The notes: a model not told the origin generated them from the sequence alone. A stretch of 62,730 nucleotides of DNA, filler included, from Choristocarpus tenellus KU-1152 (GCA_964200185.2; 9 parts of 9 records of this genome joined end to end with filler, not necessarily neighbours in it); one strand, 5' to 3'; shown: positions 27,533 to 40,830, counted from the first letter of the whole stretch. Numbers and translations: made by a program.

Positions 27533-29565
27533 CTTTCCGGTGTTCAGGGGCAACGTCTTCATCGCATACTTGATCCCAGTTTGCTTGTGTCTCACCAACT
27601 CCACCACACCCTGTGTTCCGGAGCCAAGCTCCTCCCCAATTAGATCATACACCTCTGAGATTGGCCTGCACATGCATGTGGGGTGCAGTACGTGAGTGAA
27701 GTTTATTGCATGAAGTCAGATGGATGTGTCTGAGTGATGAGACATGTCAGTGGGAGTGGAAAACAACCATGAGAGTAGAAACTGAATCGTATGTTGACCA
27801 ACTACTGACAAGGAGTCATAGATTGATTATGTATATGAGTTTACATCCAATGTTGTAGGAATACTACATGAAGTCTACGTGTTGCGGACTACATAATACA
27901 TACATAGCATAGATATGCATGTGTATCATTTTCAGTCCTCTTTCAAAGAGTGTAGGTGGCCACCCCTGTTCACCTCACTCATTCAAAAACAAAATTTAAG
28001 ACGTAAGCCAGCCATTGTACATATGCGCATCTGAACAACTTCCATGGTAATTAAGGTGAGATACAATTTGTGAACTCTCTAAGACCGGTTGATTAGAATC
28101 TCAACCTTGCTGATGCATCTAGGATTTTACGCTTTAGGTTCAGCACACATGTCTGTAGCTCTCCCAAAGGTCACCGGTGTAACACGTTTAACACAATTTG
28201 GGAAGGATGCTCTACACTGTCCAATCATGTAGTATGGCAATGATACTGTGGTACCTCCCGTAATCACAAAAAATCAGCAAGTATGTAGTTCGAGGTTTAT
28301 TACAAGTTTCTGTTCCAACCCTCTATGAGGAGTAGTGGTCGAAGTGCAGAATTTGGGCACTAAAGTCATCCTCTGGAGGAGAGCATGCGACGTAATGAGT
28401 ATCTTTGTTTTTTCCTAAAAGAGAATCTATACCAATCGACTTTCTTCTACTACTGGACTACACAAACAGCACAACTGTTGATATTCGGAAGGCACGAAAC
28501 ACACACTTTTACTTTAGGCCGTAGCATCACAACAATAACACAAGACATACCATTCGAGGTGGTTGTCCCCAATTCATATACTCGACTGTCTCTAGCAACA
28601 CAGAGTGATGATAAGTAAGGCAGGTTGATGGACACGGACACTGAAGAGCAGCATCGTAACTACTGGTTTCGACTAACATAACTGCACACTATCCAGGACT
28701 AGGGGATTGCAGCAGGATCGAGCCATATGTTTTGGTGGAAAAATCCAACAAAAAGCAAGCTAGATTTGGATCGCATAGTTCATAACAGCAATAACCGTAA
28801 CAATATAAGCGATTCTCCAAACAAAAGTTTGGATCCTGCACAAATTTGGTGAACCAACACGTATCAACTCAGCAAGGACCTAGGCATCAGGTATCGACGC
28901 AAAAATGGTAACTAGATACGAGCGAAAAGTAAAAGGGCAAATGACATAAACTAATCCATCTCACATTTTGACAAAAGAAAATATCTGTCAGGTGTTGCGT
29001 AGCTTTACCAGACTACAAAGCAAAACGATTTGGGATATCTTTTCACAATCTTTAAATTACAAGTGATAGGTAGAGGGAAGTCAAGGTTATTTTCTGTTAC
29101 ATGTGTGACGCGGTCGCGTCAGTGTTTTCTCTCTATTGGCGGTAATTTCCATCGCTTCTTCTTCTTTCACAGTATCTACGGAACCTCCACGACAGACAGA
29201 AATAAACTTTCTTACCCAACCGACGCTCTAAGTATAACCAACCACGTCTCTATTTCTTCCTGTGGAGAATTCGCATCATATCCCGATCCCACAATTGAGG
29301 ATAATCAAGTTGAGAACGCTATCAGAATATTTTGTCCGACCTACGAATGATGTGGGTAACTCTTATCTATAATAATAGAAAGAATGCAAGGAGGGGAGAG
29401 ATGGGGTAAGAATGCAAACCTCTGAAACTCTTCGTGCACGAGGTTGTGTAAGAGTGATGCCCCCTTGCGCTTTTCCTTTGATTTCAATTGACGCTCCTTT
29501 AGTGTGAGTTGGCGTGGGGAGTGCTCGATATTCGGTGCAATGCTTGAAGATGACACGCACCCCAT
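27533..29565 (-). CDS. CDPK/CaMK-like Ser/Thr kinase, first two exons
   Basis: Exons 29565-29420 (MGCVSSSS...HNLVHEEFQR) and 27665-27533 (PISEVYDLIGEELGSGTQGVVELVRHKQTGIKYAMKTL) join in phase 2. Intact GxGxxG loop, AxK lysine and MGC acylation motif. Confidence 0.85.
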
Positions 29566-30439
29566 CGGTTGTCGAATCACTGTGTGCTCCTCTAGAGCTC
29601 ACAGCACAAGGAGGGGTCCGTTTTGTGACCTCGAATACCCAGCACAACTTGCATGTAGATTTGGAAACGACTCCCCACTAGTTCCCAACTTTTGGTGACA
29701 GGGAGATGTGAAGATATACAAGTCTATTCTGAAGTGCAAGGTGATGGTAAGAAGTATGTACTTTGTGGTCGTTGCGTTGCATACAACTTGTATGATGTGT
29801 GCTATGACTAATGAAGATTACCAATATTGAATTATCTTCTCAATCAAGAAACAAAACGAATTACCGGTCGATATTTTAAAAGGTAGAAATACATATGCAG
29901 ATTATATAGGAATAGTGTTATAAAATTGTTGTGGACTTGGGTGTTTCGATGAATCACGATTCGATATCTCAGCTGGTGGTCGTTAGAGAAAATGTAAGTT
30001 CTTGAGAAGTTCTGTTCTTACACATGTGATTTGTTTTCATGTTATCGATCAGAGGTTACGTTGATGATTTTGCACTTTCATCTCGGTCTGTTCGATGAGT
30101 ATTCTTTCTACTTAATACACATTCGTCTTTGGCAAATTACCTTGCCAAGATCCCATTCCCCATTCACATTTTGACAGATAGGGTTGGCACACTTTACAAA
30201 CAAGGCGGTTGTAAGTTACAGCGAACAAGAATATTTCTTGAATTTCATCAAGTAGAGGAGAGGTTCCACATTCAAGTGTCCACAGTCAGGTACAAGGATA
30301 AAAGTGCGTCTGGTCGATACCTTGACTTTTTGACTGTGACAGGACAAGGAGCCACCACAAGGCCCAGAGTATAACGGTATTGCGTCAAGGCTGATTGGTT
30401 CTGTATTACTCTCGTATCAGGGCAGGCTAGGTGATCGTC

Positions 30440-32404
30440 ATGGGTATTTGTGGGTCAAATCCAGTGAATGTGCAGAATTCAGATGTGGAGGATTGCGAGC
30501 GCTGTCCCACCGTGTATGAGCTGGAGAGTGAAGCCGCCAATAAGAGGGCAAAGACCGAGCGACTTTACATCAACATGGTACTTGTGGAGGTACGAAAGAG
30601 CGTCTTCGACGTATACAATGTGGGTGAGAGGCTGGATATGGAAAGCTCACGCCGTGTGTGGATCGCCCAGCATAAGGTGACTTTATGAGCGACGAAGCAT
30701 TCATGAGCGCCGATTCATGGTGGATTATATATGAGTTGTTGTGGTAGGAGATGATTGATTTTTGTATTAATGAAGTAGGAAGAGCACTGACTTGTCATGG
30801 ATTCGATTAGTTATTTCAGGAATGGAGGTTGGTTGTATTTTTGGATTGTTATTATGACAACATATGGAAACATGGGCATTTTATCTGCAGCTTTGCAGTG
30901 GTTGCCTGTAGTCACCCTGATGGATAGTCCATGCTCGTGGTTCAAAAGTGTAAAGTCAGCCTTGGCATTTGAGTAGTTTGATGTGTTGCGAGCTATGTAT
31001 ATTACCGTCCCTGCCTCACAGCATTGGGAGCACTAGTCACAAACACATTGGTTAGGGAACGACTCTTAGAAACTTCGTAGCCGTAAGTACCCTCTTCTCT
31101 TTCGAACCCCTGCTTTTTTGTGACTCCAGAGAAAACCGCAATGTCTTCTGTGGTGCGTCGGTTGGGCTGAAGAGGACCGGTACGAATATGTCTGGACGAT
31201 ACTAAATAGACATTCAACGCTTGGTTTAAGTGCCTTATGGTCCAATCCCCATCATCCCCCTCCCCCCCCCCTTTATACACTTCGATACACACAAACCTAA
31301 TTATCGCGATGAACGCTGGGTGGCAGGGGACGGGTCGGCGCTATGCAGTAACGGAGGTGGAGATTCCTCCTTCAAGAAGCGCAAAGGCCGTACGCCGCAT
31401 TTGGGAGGAGTTTGATCGCCAAGGGAAGCTTGATCACCCTAACATCTGCCGTCTTCATGAGCTATACTGCTCAGAAGAACGTTACTTTGTAGTGACGGAC
31501 CTGTGTAGGTGAGCTGTTACTACCCATCAGACTACACCCCCATCCCTCTCCGAGCCTTAGCAGCACAACTCTGGTCTATGAACTATTGTTTCAATGAAAG
31601 CACCAATTGCAACGGTTGACTGTCAGTATTCTTCAGGCCCCGGTGCCAATAGTATATATTCCGTGCTGAGTAAAATACAACCCTGTACATTTCCCCCTTC
31701 AACAGCAGTCATGATTTCATGTTCAAGGTCTCCACAATGGTTTCTGATTTCCTGAAGTTCCTTTCCAAGGGTAAAGTATTTTCCTTGTAGAGTGTATCTG
31801 CTCAATGAATCTTATGAATCAACAGGATGAGATGCTTGCGATTAGTATGGCATCACCAGCACTCACTGCTTAACTTTACTGTGCATTGGATTCTAATGTT
31901 CTTGTGGATGTATATCCAAAAAATAAAAATATTCCACTTTACCCTTTTTGCTGCGCATAGCTCTAGTGCTCAAGACCCAAATGTCCTTCACTTGACCGAT
32001 ATCATTCCAATGGCCCTCAAATCCTTTCTTCCCCCTTGTCTCCTGTGGATACGCCACCCTACCTAACAAGATGATGTATACTCCATGCATGCATTCTCTT
32101 TCACCCTCCCCCGTAGTTGTTGTCTTCTCTGACATTATATGCTGGATGTGCATTTCTTCTCCAACCCCTACTCCAGAAATGCCATCATGCCCTTCCCCCA
32201 GCACATTGCGTACTTCCTACTATTCATACCTCCCTCCTTATCTAGTTGTTATCATGCTCTCGCCAATTGCATGCTTGTGGGTGCCTTTCAAGTGGCGGCG
32301 ATCTATTAAGTCACCTGGAAACCATGGGAAAGAGTCGGTATGGCGAGGCAGAGCTGATCCGCATCCTTCGCAAGATTGTTGGGGCCTTGGCGTATGGTCA
32401 CGAG
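30440..32404 (+). CDS. CDPK/CaMK-like kinase-fold protein (probable pseudokinase), first three exons
   Basis: Exons 30440-30676 (MGICGS...), 31327-31508 (RYAVTEV...LDHPNICRLHELY...VVTDLC) and 32293-32404 (GGDLLSHL...KIVGALAYGHE) join in frame. Confidence 0.82.
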
Positions 32405-33793
32405 GTGTGGGATAACTCCGTGCTTGTGATTTGGGAGGGAAAGGAGGAGATTAAAGTGATGAGTTGAAGAGACACAGGGTTGGAACTGCTGCAGGTCGAT
32501 ACATAGTCTGCGTGCAAGGGCAAAGAGAAAGGGACGGGGTACACAATCGTGGTATGACTTTTCGAGACAAAACCTATTGGTACAGATGGACGAAATGGAA
32601 TATGGTTTATGTTGCACTTGAGTCCGATGGGGCATGTTTTAATCAGATGCTGTTTAAAGTACAGTGGTATGCGAGTGAGTGAGGAAGGGCCTGAAGATTC
32701 TGAAAAGATTCATTTTAATTTTCTTTTTCCAATTTTGCGACAATTTTTTGTTAAGTTTTTTTTTGTACTCTCCGCAGCAGCATGCTCTGTCCTCATGTTT
32801 TTTCAACGTTTATGTGTAACGGTAATATTTTAGAAGAGCTTTGTGTCCGTGCCAATTTTGATCTTGCCAGAGACTATCGTTGGAAACAATCGCCATCACT
32901 TCCAAATGATACCCCAGCTCAAGTCAATTCCTCCCCAACTTCACAGATGGGAATACCCCATGGGCATCTGCAACTGAGCANNNNNNNNNNNNNNNNNNNN
33001 NNNNNNNNNNNNNNNNNNNNNNNNTTAATTAATTAANNNNNNNNNNNNNNNNNNNNNNNNNNNNNNNNNNNNNNNNNNNNGGGGGGGGGGAGTTTCAAGA
33101 AAACGCACCAGTTCACCACCTCAACAGCAACAGCACTTAGGCTTGCTATCCAAATGTGATGATTGTGATACCATTAATACTTCTTATTCCGTACACCCCA
33201 GGAATCACAGTTCAAATTTTGTAGATACCATCTCTTTTATGTATACCCACACACATACTATCTATTTTTGTGATATTAATGGCACTGTGAAAGGCAAGCA
33301 ACGATCAATAAACAGGCTGTCCTGTTGAAAACCTTCACAAGGGCAATCTAAAAGTGAATGATGAAGCTTGTGTGTGTGTTACAACTACCTTGAGAAGTTG
33401 GGGTGCTAACAATATTTTCATCTATTTTGCAGTGTAATCTGAGATGTGACTAACATTGACAGAAGCTACAAAATACTTGAGGACTTTCCAAATACACTGC
33501 ATTCTTCAAAAGTGGGTTGGCTCAAAGCCTCTGATACGGAAAGCTCCATCAGCCAGAGATATAAGAAAAAGGCTTGATCCATACATGTTTCAGTCTCCTT
33601 TTTTGCCCAACGTTGAACTTGTTCAAACTGTATATCTACATCTAGTATTTATAATTATATATATATATATATATCTGCTTCCGTCCTCCTACTTCATCAC
33701 ATAAAATATGGCATTATCTATTGATCTTCTATCAGAACCAAACAGTGGTCTTTCCTCCAAATTTTTACAGTCAAATTGCTATTCAATCCTCAC

Positions 33794-34849
33794 CCATTGT
33801 TGATCCATGGGCCAATGGTGACCTGTGTCTTGGGAAAGAGTCGTTGCACGGCCATAGCCATCACGTGGGCAGAGGTGTGCCGAATTCGAAGCAAGTTAGG
33901 AGAGTTGTCGTTCGTGGGTAACTCCATCCCTTTCTCGTCGGCAGCACCGGTAGCTGCCACAGCTCCCCTGGACGACTTCTTCTCCTTCGCAGCACTTTCC
34001 TCTTCCCCGCCTACCACCACCTTGACCTCCTCCGTGGCACTCATTGCTAGACTGCGGCTTCGTCCAACGGGATGTACAAACCCTAGCCAACTCGATCTGG
34101 ACTGCGGGACCGAGCGGTTACGCATGACGAAGCGCTTCTGCGCACGGGAGGCGGAGATTTGGGATCCCGCAGAAGAAAGAGCGCGGGTGCCGGCTGTTGG
34201 CCTGTGAATTTCCGATGCCAGTATTAGAGGGCTTGAGGTGTCAAAAAAGGGAGGGCAGCATGCATCGTTAAGGAATCGAGGTTGACCATACCTCGATGTC
34301 ATTTCGTACAGTGTTCACAGGGGTAGTAGGCGATAAAAATCCCTCAGGGGAAACCATTGGTGGTTATGAACGGTTCATGTGCGTCGTTCCAGGTTTACAC
34401 GTGGAGAGCACCTCCAAGTGCTTGGTGTAGTGAGGTGCCATTTCAGTGTCATCATTTGGGACAATGAATGGAAAGCTCAAATATGCATGAAGTAGGCAAA
34501 GGCCTACAGCATCCTTTGACAAATAGAGGAAGTTGGGGGTGAATTCCAAGAGGTGGATACTTAGATGAGGACCGTGAAGCGACAAAGCGGTTACAGGACT
34601 CAGGCGAACCCTTCTGTCATGTAATGCAACTTCTTCTCTATCGCACCTCTCTGCAGGCAAAATGTGGCCATTTCCAACCTAATAATACCACAGTCTATAC
34701 TCGTAGATCATCTCGCAGGACATGCTACAATGGGAATGGCAATCACGACCGAATCCATCTTACCTCAACGCCGTCACCCTAGTTGCCATTGCCAGCCACG
34801 CCATAGCGACTGCTGAAACCTGGCGCCCTTGGCGGGATAAACGAGCCAT
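33794..34849 (-). CDS. thrS: Organellar (plastid/mitochondrial-type) threonyl-tRNA synthetase, first two exons
   Basis: Exon 34201-33794 ends LPTNDNSPNLLRIRHTSAHVMAMAVQRLFPKTQVTIGPWINNG, the N-terminus of organellar ThrRS lacking the TGS domain. Upstream exon 34849-34764 (MARLSRQGRQVSAVAMAWLAMATRVTAL, GTAAGA donor) joins in phase 2. Confidence 0.88.
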
Positions 34850-36731
34850 AGGACACTGGATTCCTGGATCTATCCCTTCAGATCACCTTGTCGACTCCCC
34901 CGATCTGCCAATAGGGACCCCAACACGGTTGGGGATGTATTGGGTTGTGTTTAATCAGTGTGTTGGTTTAAGGTTGTGTATTGGTGATGTTGATTTTGTA
35001 GCAGTAGCCGTTTTAACGGCAAGAGTTGAGTTGATGAATGTTGTGGATGACAACTACTTCCTATTTTGTGGAATCAAGGTTGGGAGGGAAGGAGTCGACA
35101 GAAAGCTCTGCAAATTGATGACCAGACCTCTCTTGTGGTTCTTACACCCTTGAGGAGGATCCCAGTATCTATCTGTAACCACGATGTTCTTCGCAATATT
35201 TTAGATTTTTAATGTGAAAATACAGTACTCGAAAGGAGTAGACTAACCTTCAAAATGAATACATGTCCGTTCGAATTGTCTCCTTTCAATGTGAGTATGT
35301 AAGTATTGAAAGTTGATATGGTGGGGTTCGCTGATTCCATTGCTATCTTAAGAATGTTGATGAAGGAAAAGTATTTGTCTTCTGTAAAGCCACCATTTCC
35401 ACTATCGAAGTTTTGTCTTACACCTCTGTGATCCCAAGGAGTTATGGGTGTTGACAAGACTTAAGCAGACCATGGACAATCCTCGTGGTGAAGTGAGACT
35501 TCGAGGGTGTAAGACCCCGAGGGTGTAAGCGTGATGTCAGTGTTAGCTTCTTCTCTCTATGCCATACTATTTTCACAACTCAACATACGCTGTAGGCTAT
35601 CCTCCATGCTACCTCACTGACCTCACATGACAACGGAATCAAACAAGACCCTTGCAGCAAGGTCCCTTAAAATGGCTCATCGATGTGTTTCTTGTGTGCT
35701 TGGGAATCGATAAGAGTGGATGGAGGTTCGTGGTCCTAAGTTACCGTACATTCCCCATCGTACACACAGCAAAATTGGCTGGAATATGCATTGTGGTATG
35801 ACTGCAGGTGGTCAGCATCCAGTGGACAGGAAACCTACACTTGGGATAGAGGCATTTTACATTATTTCTGTGTTCCCACTCTTATTGTTTGAGGGAAGTG
35901 GATGGAGATGAGTGCATACTTTGAGTAATGATTTTGTTATTCTTGATCATAATAAAAATGTGCATCAAACTACTCATGAACACCAGGTAAGAAAAGTTGA
36001 TGCTCTAATGGCACTGCACGTGATGGATGTAATGTTCGGTGTAAGCTCGAGGATAGATTCTTGCCTGCATTGCCCTTAAGAGTTCGAATATCCTCTCTCT
36101 CTCTCTCTCTCGCTTGCTCTCCAATGACGAGTAGCACCTTTTCTTCAGTGACTTGGTATGGATACTTCCATATACATGAAAATAGAAAGTGATACACTTA
36201 CTTGTTGCCTCTTTTTTTTCCCACTACTTGTACTTAAGTATACTTCTTATGTGCTGAGAAGATTTTCCTTTCACAACTTATTCCAGATATACCATATATA
36301 CCTCCTGTCTCACAACCATATACGTTTGCTGCAATCATGCTAACCTTGCCTGTTCATCTCTAATTCTATCCCACCCCTATCCCCCACCCTGGTATTCCTT
36401 CCTCGGTTTTTTAGCACCTTTTTGTGGCTTGTGTATGTGTGCATGGTGCAAGTGTCACTATATCGCCAAACAATACTTGTTCATTTACAATCTGAAGGAG
36501 CAGGAAATATGTAGGGGGCAATGGCAGTGAGCAGCAGGGGTAGGGAGAAGAAGGGGGGGGAATTTTGTATAACCAACCTTACATGTTCTTGAATGACCCT
36601 GTCATGGTTGTTCACACGTGTCTCCTCCTGCATGTGGTAAGCCTGGCAGATGGGGATCTGTCGGTGCTTGTGAGGGACTTCATCTTTAATCGATAAATAA
36701 CAGCCGATCACCAAAATTGAGGATGGAGCAC

Positions 36732-36987
36732 GAGTGAAAGTATCTCGCAGGGTGTAAGTTTTGCCCTGTTTGTCCATTTGGGGCTTGCCTTCCCATGTTT
36801 TTTTGTAAAATTTTCCTACTCCAAAATGTTTCGGAGTAGGTAAAATGTATACGTTGTGAAAAGTTGTGTCCAGAACAAGGATACTGACACTTCCTAACAA
36901 ACATAATAGCCAAAATTACATCAAAATCGCAACATTGGATTTGACCCCCAAATGGACGCGGCCCTACCCTCTGAGATACTTTGGTTC
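36732..36987. mobile_element. MITE family A, copy 4
   Basis: TIRs present; flanks CAC/CAT. The empty paralogous site (rc of ~56915-56960) has the spacing expected for a 3-bp duplication. Confidence 0.9.
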
Positions 36988-37102
36988 CATACTATGGAGG
37001 ATNNNNNNNNNNNNNNNNNNNNNNNNNNNNNNNNNNNNNNNNNNNNTTAATTAATTAANNNNNNNNNNNNNNNNNNNNNNNNNNNNNNNNNNNNNNNNNN
37101 NN

Positions 37103-37219
37103 ATTAATCAGTCGCTTCGACAATTGATTTCCCAGCTCACCACGATTAATCAGTCGCTTCGACGATTGATTTCCCAGCTCACCACGATTAATCAGTTGCT
37201 TCGACAATTGATTCTCAGC
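37103..37219. repeat. 42-bp tandem repeat, ~3 copies, upstream of the mariner transposase
   Basis: ATTAATCAGTCGCTTCGAC(A/G)ATTGATTTCCCAGCTCACCACG repeated. Confidence 0.85.
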
Positions 37220-38328
37220 TAACGCGAACCCTAATTAGTACAAAACTGATATTGTACCACATCAATTCTGTGCCGCTTTTTTCGGGCATGCCCATGGGTG
37301 CATAAAATCGGGGTAGGTACTGTATACTAACTCTGTGCCATACGTTCGTGCCACGAAAGGTCTGGGCTCGCCGAGCGAAAGCAGCGCCAAATCGGACGAT
37401 AATCCCACAGAATGAAATCGGGTTGACAATCTCAGCTTTCAGAAACGGTAGGGGTCGAGGATCATCAGGTATAAACTCGAGGTGCTTCAAGCCGTCAAAG
37501 TAGGGGTCTGTTGGGGTGATTTTGGGACCAGAACTGGGGGCGTTGAGGGTCAGAACGTCGGCATGGCAACCCCCCCGTCAACCCCTCGCATAGGACGGGT
37601 GCCCAAGTGTCCCTGAATATCAGGGTTGTGCTCGTAGTACGGCATGCCTTCGCAATGGTCCCTGGTGAGCATAAACTGCTGCAACACGTTGGGCCGACCC
37701 TTGCAGCGGAGTTTGGAGTGTCCAAGCGTTACACATGTGAGGGCTCTGGGAGGACGTCACCGATCATCTCGCCTGTGGCCACACGCTTGACCTAGGGGTG
37801 GCGGGACGTAGTGGGCTGCCTTCGGAGCTCACACCGACCAAGATGGTCGCAATACATAGTATCAACTCCGATCATTGGTCATCCACATAGGTGAAAGTGA
37901 AGATGACCACCAAGGGGCTGAATTATAGCTCGAGCACCATAAAGAGGTGGTTGGATGATACGGGAATCATGCCGAATTGCCGCCAGATCATACCCAAGCT
38001 TAAATCGTGGCAAAAGGTATGAAGAATGGACTTTGTTTGCAATCAAGTAGACTGGAAACGTGGTGTGTACGCCTCCAAGGCGAACACAATCCATGTGGAT
38101 GAAGCCTGGTTTTACGTGATGACTGATAGGAAAAGGGTTAGGGTATTTCCGCATGAGGGTGATAGTCAGCTTCCTGGGTCCCCTACTGTGCAGCACAAGA
38201 GTAATATCCCCACAACCATGATCATTGCAGCCAACGCCCGCCCAGATTTGGCTCACAGCTTTGATGGAAAGGTTGGTGTTTGGTATGTGTGTGTGCTAAA
38301 ACGGCAGACAGGACAAGCAAGAACCATA

Positions 38329-38445
38329 GGGTCAAAGTATCTGGGGGAGGGGGAGGGGGGGTGGTTTGTGAGTTGGCGTCCGTTTCGGTCAAACAACTCT
38401 TTTTTTTGCTGACATTTCAAATCCCCCCCTCAGATACTTTGACCC
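38329..38445. mobile_element. MITE family B, complete short copy (117 bp), 4-bp TSD CATA
   Basis: GGGTCAAAGTATCTGGGG...CCCCTCAGATACTTTGACCC. Removing it plus one CATA restores the frame KNHKKGDVYEQD. Confidence 0.9.
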
Positions 38446-38946
38446 CATAAAAAGGGGGATGTGTATGAGCAGGACTATACTTTAGACCATTTGTGGTACA
38501 GGAAGTGGTACAAAAAGGAATTACTGTCTGCAATCAAGACCAAAATGCCTTGGTTCCAGGGGAAGCACGTTGTCGTTCAACAAGACGGTGCCACCCCCCA
38601 CATGGGCAAGGGCAACTCAGAAACCTTGTCAGGGGCAGGGAATACTGAGCGGTGGTCGATTAGGCTTGTGATGCAGCCATCTAACTCCCCCGACCTCAAT
38701 ATCACGGGCCTGTGTTTCTTCAGGTCTTTAAAATGCCAGGTGATGGGGGAGCGGTTTGGGTCAGTTGAGGAGATGGTGAAGATCATTAAGAAACAGTTAT
38801 GAGGAGTATAATGAAACTACACTTGATAGGGCTTGGCAGCTCTTTTTTGTGGTGTACAATCAAGTACTTAGATGCAAAGGGGGGAATGACTTCAGTGTGG
38901 AGCACACAGTGGTAAGGAAGAGAGGCAGTTGTCTGGTGAGCTTGAA

Positions 38947-39209
38947 GAGTCAAAGTATATTAGAGGGTACAGTCGCGTCCATTTAGGGGCCGAAATCCAA
39001 TGTTGCAATTTTGATGTAATTTCGACTATCATGTTTGTTAGGAAGTGCCAATGTCCATGTTCCCGACACACCTTTTTTCATAACATACACATTTTACCTA
39101 CTCCGAAACATTTTGGAGTAGGTAAGATGTCATTAAAAACCCGTGTGGGAAGCCAAGCCCAAAATGGACAAACAGGGAAAAACTCGTACCCTCTAAGATG
39201 CTTTCACTC
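38947..39209. mobile_element. MITE family A, copy 5
   Basis: TIRs present; flanks (T)GAA / TAA(A). Confidence 0.9.
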
Positions 39210-39469
39210 TAAAAACACGCCGAAGGTAGACATGGAGACTTTTTCTATGACTGATAAAATTGTGATGGATGGGAAGTAATAATAATAAAAAGAGCTGAAC
39301 CTAACCAGAAATTCGTCAAGGATTCCAAATCTTCTTTCAGAAATGAATTTCATCAACATCTTCAAACGTTATGGATAATCTGCGCTGACTTATGACACAG
39401 AGGAAGTATACTTAGCCACCATCAACACTCTGCTTGACCCGATCTCCTGCGTAACAGTTATATTTCCAC

Positions 39470-40090
39470 GTGGATCTAGTCTTCCATGCAGGGGCACTTG
39501 CGGATGCAGGATCAGTCCCCTACCAGGACAAAGGCCTTCTACTCGATGTTACGTTTGTGGAAGCACAGGCAACCTCCCACCTCTCACACTTATCCACCAT
39601 CAATGGCGTACCTGCTGCTGCAGCTGAGCCGTGGAAGCGCACCCACTACGAGGGCTCTTTCGACCCTCGTAGTTATAACCTCAACACCTTTGCAGTGCAA
39701 AGTTGAGTCAAGATATTTTAGAGGGTAGAGCAGTGTCCATTTGGGGGCCAAATCCAAAGTTGCAATTTTGATGTAATTTTGGCTATTGTGTTTGTTAGGA
39801 GATGCCAATAACCTTGTTCCGGACACACCTTTTCATAGCGTACATATTTTACCTACTCCGAAACATTTTCTAGAATGTCGTTAAAAACCCGTGGGAAGCC
39901 AAGTCCCAAATGGACAAATAGGGAAAAACTCGTACCCTCGAAGATACCTTCACTCAGGTTTGGGCAGCTCGGCAAGCAAGTGGAACGTTTCCTGGATGAG
40001 CTAGCTACACACGTGGTCGGGGGGAGAGGAACTGGAGGCTACAGCAGAAAAGGAACCGTCAAATCCCGCCTACGCCAGAGAGTCTAATGC
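39470..40090 (+). mobile_element. 3' remnant of an RLE-encoding non-LTR retrotransposon (CRE-like), split by a MITE
   Basis: LLLDVT...AAAAEPWKRTHY...FAVQS|FGQLGKQVERFLDEL resembles the restriction-like endonuclease C-terminus (D..AE..K..Y..FA.ESFGRLG). Clade assignment is inferred. Confidence 0.7.
39705..39955. mobile_element. MITE family A, copy 6
   Basis: TIRs present; flanks AGTT/AGGT. A 4-nt duplication restores the host frame S-F-G. Confidence 0.9.
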
Positions 40091-40439
40091 AAGTGACTCT
40101 ATCTCGACCGGTCATGTGTTTTAAGCTGGAGTCACCAGGGAGATAGGCAAGGAGGGGCTTGTTAGATTCTTGGGATGCTTCCCTACCTCCTCATCACCCT
40201 GGCGTGCAGGAATAGGTTTGAGACACAGGAAGGCCAGTAGTACAACGTAGCTAGTAGTAAAATAGGAAATTGATTAACAATTTTCACTTTTGTGACAAGT
40301 GTTACTTTTTTAGGGATTTTTCACATATGTGAATAGTTTTATTAGTTTTCGCCTAGCATATCTGTATAAAATGTCCTAACATAATAATATATAAAATAAA
40401 AAGTCATCAGCACATATTATTGCTATTAAATCTTATCAA

Positions 40440-40830
40440 GATGGTTCACTTCCTATATTCATGTGAATCGTGTGATTCTGTGGCGGCGTGGTTCACTCAT
40501 GCAAGGGAAGCGAAGAGAATCACCGGGCAAGACAGACCAGACGAACAAAGACGAACCGTAACCGAGAAGACGAGGTTAATGGTTACACAAGTGCTAGACT
40601 GAAAGGACTTGCAGGAAAAAGTGGGAAACTGAGGAAGTGGGGAGGATCACGATTCGGATGGGTTTCGGAAAAGAACCCTCGAGAGATAGGAGATCCGTCT
40701 TCAGAAAACCGTGCTGCTCATAAAGAGACGTTGCGGGAAGACACGGAAATCTATCACTCAAAATATTTTTATTATTATGCCCTCTGACATTTTGCAGATG
40801 TGTCGAGGGGGAAACCAATCTAAACTATAT
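40440..40830. repeat. Composite repeat: 40440-40600 is an inverted copy of ~41520-41670, and 40765-40820 matches the TIR of the element at 41244
   Basis: GAATCGTGTGATT..GTGGCGGCGTGGTTCACTCA and GACGAACCGTAACCGAGA shared in opposite orientation. Confidence 0.7.

Larger units (their letters stand above)
37600..39290 (+). pseudogene. Tc1/mariner (plant-mariner, DD39D-like) transposase pseudogene interrupted by two MITEs
   Basis: IHVDEAWFY, VVQQDGATPH, QPSNSPDLNITGLCFFRSLK, then KGGNDF; frameshifts; insertions at 38329-38445 and 38947-39209. Confidence 0.88.

Noticed and set aside
37103-37219. CRISPR-like repeats
   Set aside because: Head-to-tail 42-bp units without unique spacers, no cas genes, eukaryotic context. 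The same applies to 13940-14020 and 50681-52045.
38329-38445. Family-B MITEs as introners (GTATCT donor-like site and poly-C-CAG acceptor inside the TIRs; 24 nt would remain)
   Set aside because: The donor is weak. In the only copy inside a readable coding frame the remnant reads AGG GTC AAA ATA CTT TGA (stop). No copy forms an intron boundary of any host gene here.
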